From positions 1-11,431 of the forward strand of contig JAWXBZ010000049.1 in the NCBI GenBank assembly GCA_034440375.1: 11,431 nucleotides of DNA, in the 5' to 3' direction. Made by a program: the position numbers and the translations under genes. A model generated the notes under the pieces. That model ran no database searches. It was given only the letters and a program-made list of their open reading frames with translations, and was not told where the DNA came from. Each line of letters opens with the position of its first letter. Position 1 is the stretch's first letter. Of this stretch, positions 7,302 to 11,431 are shown in pieces. Origin of the DNA: Candidatus Eiseniibacteriota bacterium (GTDB lineage: Bacteria > Eisenbacteria > RBG-16-71-46 > JABDJR01 > JAWXBZ01).

Positions 7302-8095
7302 CGCGTCAATCCCACGATCGGCGCCCCGGCCGGTGAAGTAGCGCCCCAGAGCGAGGCGCCGTAAACCGATTCCAAACGATCCGGCTTCAGGATGTCCTCG
7401 GGGGATCCGGTGGACTCGATGCGACCGTGGTGCAGGATGGCCAGGGTCCGACAGTAGAGCCCGGCCAGGTTCAAGTCGTGGGTCACGACCACTGTTGTCA
7501 GGTTGTGCTCGACATTGAGGCGCGTCAGCAACCGAAATATCGACTGTTGATGAGCCAGGTCGAGCGAGGCGGTCGGTTCATCCAGCAACAGGATGCGCGG
7601 CTCCTGGGCCAACGCGCGGGCCACCAGGACCATCTGCCGTTCGCCACCGGAGAGCTGGCCGAGCGGGCGACAGGAGAGGTCGGCAATGCCGACGGCATCG
7701 AGGGCGCGGCGGGCGGCCGCATGGTCGACCGGTGTCTCGGTGGCCAGGAGCCCGGTGAGCCATGGGGTCCGACCCATCAGGACAATCTCGCTGACCCGGT
7801 ATGGAAACGCGTGCGGTTCGGCCTGCGGAACAACGGCAACCTGGCGGGCGATATCGCGGCGCTTCCATTCGGTGAGCGGTCGGCCATTCAACTCGATGAG
7901 TCCGCGCGCGGGTTGGAGCGCGCCGGATAACAGGTGCAGCAACGTACTTTTTCCCGCGCCGTTGGGTCCGACGATGCCGAGGAAGGCACCGGCGGGGATA
8001 TCGAGGGTGGCGCCGGCCAGGACGGAGACGCCATCGTGGTAGGAAAACGATAGATCGGTGGCCTTGAGGCTTCCTTGTACCGTGGATTCGATCAT
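7298..8095 (-). CDS. ABC transporter ATP-binding subunit, BtuD/FepC/HmuV type (265 aa)
   Basis: Walker A GPNGAGKS, Q-loop VVPQ, signature LSGGE, Walker B LLLDEPT, H-loop VTHDLNLA. ATGA overlaps at both ends. Confidence 0.95.
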   Translation of the reverse strand: MIESTVQGSLKATDLSFSYHDGVSVLAGATLDIPAGAFLGIVGPNGAGKSTLLHLLSGALQPARGLIELNGRPLTEWKRRDIARQVAVVPQAEPHAFPYRVSEIVLMGRTPWLTGLLATETPVDHAAARRALDAVGIADLSCRPLGQLSGGERQMVLVARALAQEPRILLLDEPTASLDLAHQQSIFRLLTRLNVEHNLTTVVVTHDLNLAGLYCRTLAILHHGRIESTGSPEDILKPDRLESVYGASLWGATSPAGAPIVGLTR

Positions 8096-9102
8096 TGGCT
8101 TTGGCCGCTCGGCGCGCTGACGCGCACCTCGGGAACTTCGCGCACCTCGGAATCTTTGCGCGCCTCGGGAACTTTGCGCGCCTCGGAAACGACTCGGGCC
8201 AGCTTTCGCCCGGTGTTGACCAGGTCGACGCCATTGATTGTCATGTGGTCGTCATCCATGACGACGACACGACCGTTCCGGACCGCGGGGAGCGTGGGTA
8301 GCTCGTCCCAGAGCCGAATCATGGCCTGCTTCTGTTCCGCCGAGGCCACGCCACCCAGGTGCCGTTCCAGGATCAGCTCCGGGTTCATCGTCAGGATCGC
8401 CTCGCGGGTGATGATCGGGTAACGGCCGGCATCTTTCGGCACGACATTCGTGCCACCGACCCGCACCAGCAGTTCATCGAGATAGGTTGGGCTGCCGACC
8501 GCGTAGATCTGCTCGAGGGCGCCCTCGGCGTGGCCCAGGATCATCAGTGTTCTGACCGGCGGGGGATTGTCACCCGCGGCCGCCAGCGAATCGAGCCCGC
8601 TGTTCATCTCGCGAACCAGGGCTTCCGCACGCTCCGCCGCTCCAACGGCTGCACCCAGTTGACGCAGCGTGGCCTGGATATCGGCAATCGTCTCACAGGC
8701 GTTTGTTTCTAAAATTCGCGGCTCGGCGCGACCGGAAAAAAACTCCAGCACCTTCGTGTTGCCGGGGACCGCCACGATCAGGTCGGGGCGGGCGGCCACC
8801 ATCGCTTCGAGATTTGGCTGATAGAGATCGCCCAGGGGCGGGCGGGTGGCGGCTTCCGGCGGATAACGGCACCAGCGAGTGACACCGATGACCCTGTCTC
8901 CCGCGCCCAGGGCGAACAGCATTTCGGTCAGGTTGGGCGAACAGGAGATGATCCGCGCGGGGGCGGTGGAGGTCTCGTGCGTGGCCGTGCGGCCCGAGCA
9001 ACCGGCGAAGGCCAGCAGAAGCACGAGAAGTGGCGCCGGCAACACGCCGAACAGCCGCGCCGGCCACCGGAGGAACGGTGGCCATGTTCGAAGGAAGATC
9101 AT
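8092..9102 (-). CDS. BtuF-like (helical-backbone) substrate-binding lipoprotein (336 aa)
   Basis: Lipobox-like LAFAGC. RIISCSPNLTEMLFALGAGDRVIGVTRWCRYP, PNLEAMVAARPDLI and PAVRNGRV are typical of cobalamin/iron-chelate binding proteins. ATG 9102 overlaps the tkt stop (TGATG); the track start at 9105 is a TTG. Confidence 0.88.
   Translation of the reverse strand: MIFLRTWPPFLRWPARLFGVLPAPLLVLLLAFAGCSGRTATHETSTAPARIISCSPNLTEMLFALGAGDRVIGVTRWCRYPPEAATRPPLGDLYQPNLEAMVAARPDLIVAVPGNTKVLEFFSGRAEPRILETNACETIADIQATLRQLGAAVGAAERAEALVREMNSGLDSLAAAGDNPPPVRTLMILGHAEGALEQIYAVGSPTYLDELLVRVGGTNVVPKDAGRYPIITREAILTMNPELILERHLGGVASAEQKQAMIRLWDELPTLPAVRNGRVVVMDDDHMTINGVDLVNTGRKLARVVSEARKVPEARKDSEVREVPEVRVSAPSGQSQ
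8119..8190 (-). repeat. Four imperfect tandem copies of an 18-nt unit encoding VSEARK-VPEARK-DSEVRE-VPEVRV
   Basis: Minus strand reads GTTTCCGAGGCGCGCAAA GTTCCCGAGGCGCGCAAA GATTCCGAGGTGCGCGAA GTTCCCGAGGTGCGCGTC. Confidence 0.9.
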
Positions 9103-11132
9103 CAACCCTCAAGCATCTCGCGGGCCACTTCGACGACATGGGCCACGGTGAAGCCGAAATGCTCCGCCAAATCATTGTCGGGCGCCGAAGCGCCGAACCG
9201 GTCCAGTCCGATGACCCGCCCGGCCGGTCCGATCCACTTGTCCCAGCCGAAGCTGCAACCCGCCTCAACGGCCAGCCGGCGTGTGACACCCGGTGGCAGG
9301 ACCGAATCGCGATAAGACGCATCTTCTGCCTCGAACATCTCCCACGACGGAAGACTGACGACGCGGACCGACCGCCCCTCGGCTTCCAGCAATCGGTGCG
9401 CCTCCACGGCCAGGGTCACCTCGGAGCCGGTGGCGATCAAGATCAATTCGATCGCGTCCGGGCGCAGCTCGCAGGCCAGGATATAGCCACCCCGGCGGAG
9501 TCCCGTTGCCGGCCCGTAAACGGCACGATCCTGGGTCGGCAGGTTCTGGCGCGTCAACACGAGGCCAACCGGGCCGTGCGATTCGAGCGCGGCAATCCAG
9601 GCCTGCACGGTCTCGTTGGCATCGGCAGGACGGATCAACGTGAACTTAGGGATGGTCCGCAGGGCCATCAGTTGCTCCACCGGCTGGTGGGTCGGACCGT
9701 CCTCGCCGAGATAGAACGAATCGTGCGTCCAGACATAGATGACCGGCTGTTTCATGAGCGCGGCCAGCCGCACCGCGGGTCGCATGTAGTCGCTGAAGAT
9801 GAGGAACGTGCCGCCGTACGGGCGAAAGCCGCCGTGAAGGCTCATGCCGTTCAGGATGGAACCCATGGCGTGCTCGCGCACCCCGAAGTGAAAATTGCGC
9901 CCGCCGAACAATCCCGGGGCGATCGGATCGGCCTTGTCGATCCATGTCTTGTTCGATGGGGCCAGGTCCGCCGAGCCGCCGACGAACTGGGGGAGCGCGG
10001 CGGCCAGCCACTGGATCATTTTGCTGGAGGCCGCGCGGGTCGCCATCCCCTTGGCGTCCGTCGGAAACTCCGGCGCCCCGGCCGACCACCCCGCCGGCAG
10101 TTCCGCGGCATGCGAGGAATCCCAGAGTCGGGCTCCGGCGGCGTCGGCCTTCCGCCAGGCATCGAAGAGCCGCTGCCACTCGGCATGAGCCACCCGGCCA
10201 CGATCCGAGACCGTTTGCCAGAAGGCGCGCACTTCGTCCGGAACCAGGAACTGCGAATCCTCCGGCCACCCGTAGGCCTTCTTGGTGGCCCGAACCTCGT
10301 CGGCTCCAAGCGGCGCCCCGTGCGCCTCTTCGCTGTCCTGCTTGTGCGGCGCCCCGTAGCCGATGTGCGTGCGGGCCACGATGAGGCTGGGGCTGTCGGC
10401 CCTGGCCCGGGCCGCGATGAGCGCCGCGTCCACGGCCGGGCGGTCGTGGCCATCGACATGATTGACATGCCAGCCGTAGGCCTGGAAGCGGGCACCGACG
10501 TCCTCACTCCAGGCGAGCGAGGTCTTGCCGTCGATGGTGATGCGGTTGTCGTCGTACAGCACGATCAGCCGGTTGAGCTTCAGGTGACCGGCCAGCGAAG
10601 CCGCTTCGGAAGCCACGCCTTCCATCAGGTCGCCATCCGATGCCAGGACGTAGGTCCAATGCTCGATGACACAATGTTCCGGGCCATTGATACGGGCTGC
10701 GAGCATCGCCTCGGCGATGGCCATGCCGACGCCGTTGCCGAACCCTTGGCCCAGCGGCCCCGTCGTCGTTTCGACGCCGGGCGTGTGGCCGTGCTCCGGG
10801 TGCCCCGGCGTCCGGCTTCCCCACTGGCGGAATTGCTTCAGGTCATCGATCGACAGGTCGTAGCCGGCCAGGTGGAGGAGGCCGTACTGGAGCAGGCAGC
10901 CGTGGCCGGCCGACAGGACAAAGCGGTCGCGATTCGGCCAGTGCGGGTCGTCGGGATTGAACCTGAGATGGCGCGTCCAGAGAACATGAGCCATGTCGGC
11001 AGCCCCCATGGGGAGGCCCGGATGACCCGAGTTGGCCTTTTCGACCGCATCCATGGCCAGTGTGCGCAGCGTGGTGACCGCCAGATCCTCGGGGCCGGCG
11101 TTGCCTGCCTCGAACCGTTTGTCCTGTGACAT
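9102..11132 (-). CDS. tkt: Transketolase (676 aa)
   Basis: [37 protein letters not shown], ThDP-binding DGDLMEG...[16 protein letters not shown] and [18 protein letters not shown] ends 6 nt before ATG 11132. Confidence 0.97.
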   Translation of the reverse strand: MSQDKRFEAGNAGPEDLAVTTLRTLAMDAVEKANSGHPGLPMGAADMAHVLWTRHLRFNPDDPHWPNRDRFVLSAGHGCLLQYGLLHLAGYDLSIDDLKQFRQWGSRTPGHPEHGHTPGVETTTGPLGQGFGNGVGMAIAEAMLAARINGPEHCVIEHWTYVLASDGDLMEGVASEAASLAGHLKLNRLIVLYDDNRITIDGKTSLAWSEDVGARFQAYGWHVNHVDGHDRPAVDAALIAARARADSPSLIVARTHIGYGAPHKQDSEEAHGAPLGADEVRATKKAYGWPEDSQFLVPDEVRAFWQTVSDRGRVAHAEWQRLFDAWRKADAAGARLWDSSHAAELPAGWSAGAPEFPTDAKGMATRAASSKMIQWLAAALPQFVGGSADLAPSNKTWIDKADPIAPGLFGGRNFHFGVREHAMGSILNGMSLHGGFRPYGGTFLIFSDYMRPAVRLAALMKQPVIYVWTHDSFYLGEDGPTHQPVEQLMALRTIPKFTLIRPADANETVQAWIAALESHGPVGLVLTRQNLPTQDRAVYGPATGLRRGGYILACELRPDAIELILIATGSEVTLAVEAHRLLEAEGRSVRVVSLPSWEMFEAEDASYRDSVLPPGVTRRLAVEAGCSFGWDKWIGPAGRVIGLDRFGASAPDNDLAEHFGFTVAHVVEVAREMLEG

Positions 11133-11246
11133 CAAGCGCTCCTGATTTTGCGTCCGCGTGTGGCTGGAGATACGGGAATCCGGCGAGACTATCCGTTCAC
11201 CCATCCGCCCGCCACCGGGGGGCCGGCATGATTGCTTACTTTTCAA

Positions 11247-11262
11247 TGTAAAGTACTTTACA
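11247..11262. promoter_or_regulatory. Perfect 16-bp palindrome TGTAAAGTACTTTACA, candidate transcription-factor operator
   Basis: Exactly self-complementary and set in an AT-rich patch between the divergent tkt and TatD-like genes. Confidence 0.7.
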
Positions 11263-11336
11263 ATCACTCAGGGACCCGGAACGGCCGGATCAACATCAGC
11301 TGGAGGACCCCATGGATCGCACACCGTTCCTCTCCC

Positions 11337-11345
11337 TGCTATTTT
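11337..11345 (+). promoter_or_regulatory. Putative extended -10 element (TGcTATTTT) for a leaderless TatD-like transcript
   Basis: TGnTAnnnT match ending 6 nt before ATG 11352, with no SD in between. Confidence 0.45.
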
Positions 11346-11351
11346 CATCGT

Positions 11352-11431
11352 ATGGATCTGATTCCCGACGCGCATTGTCATCTGGACGAAATCGACGACC
11401 CGATCGGCGCCGTGCATGCGGCGCGCGCCGC
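11352..11431 (+). CDS. TatD-family metal-dependent hydrolase, N-terminal fragment (runs off the window)
   Basis: My translation is MDLIPDAHCHLDEIDDPIGAVHAARA. D-x-H-C-H-L close to the N-terminus followed by an A-R-A helix is the TatD signature. Not in the ORF track because it is truncated. Confidence 0.75.
   Translation, partial: MDLIPDAHCHLDEIDDPIGAVHAARA

Noticed and set aside
8119-8190. CRISPR array
   Set aside because: The units are 18 nt, directly adjacent with no spacers, and in frame within a CDS; no cas genes are present.
9030-11129. 699-aa + strand ORF
   Set aside because: It lies antisense to transketolase over essentially its whole length and has no recognisable motifs. Such shadow ORFs are expected in GC-rich coding DNA.
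11133-11267. 45-aa N-terminal extension of transketolase
   Set aside because: An SD precedes ATG 11132, and the extension covers the operator-like palindrome and has no transketolase character.
11133-11350. Cobalamin or TPP riboswitch upstream of the operon
   Set aside because: I could not find the conserved B12-box or TPP core motifs in the right arrangement by eye. An Rfam scan would be decisive.

Overview
GC-rich bacterial window with two facing gene blocks. On the + strand (70-5062) are three predicted secreted hypothetical proteins followed by a Hanks-type Ser/Thr receptor kinase with a TolB/PD40-like beta-propeller. The first secreted protein is DNRLRE-like. The other two are unrelated Cys-containing proteins that end in the same short [TS]-W-S-x-I-K tail. 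On the - strand (11132-5269) is a tightly overlapping operon: transketolase, a BtuF/BtuD/BtuC-like (cobalamin/heme/iron-chelate type) ABC importer and a secreted S9 peptidase. The 5' end of a divergent TatD-family gene, missing from the ORF track, begins at 11352. The most interesting signal is the shared C-terminal tail, a candidate protein-sorting or processing signal. Other points are two apparently leaderless genes, a perfect 16-bp operator-like palindrome, a structured convergent spacer and an 18-nt tandem repeat. All family calls come from motif recognition by eye; no searches were run.
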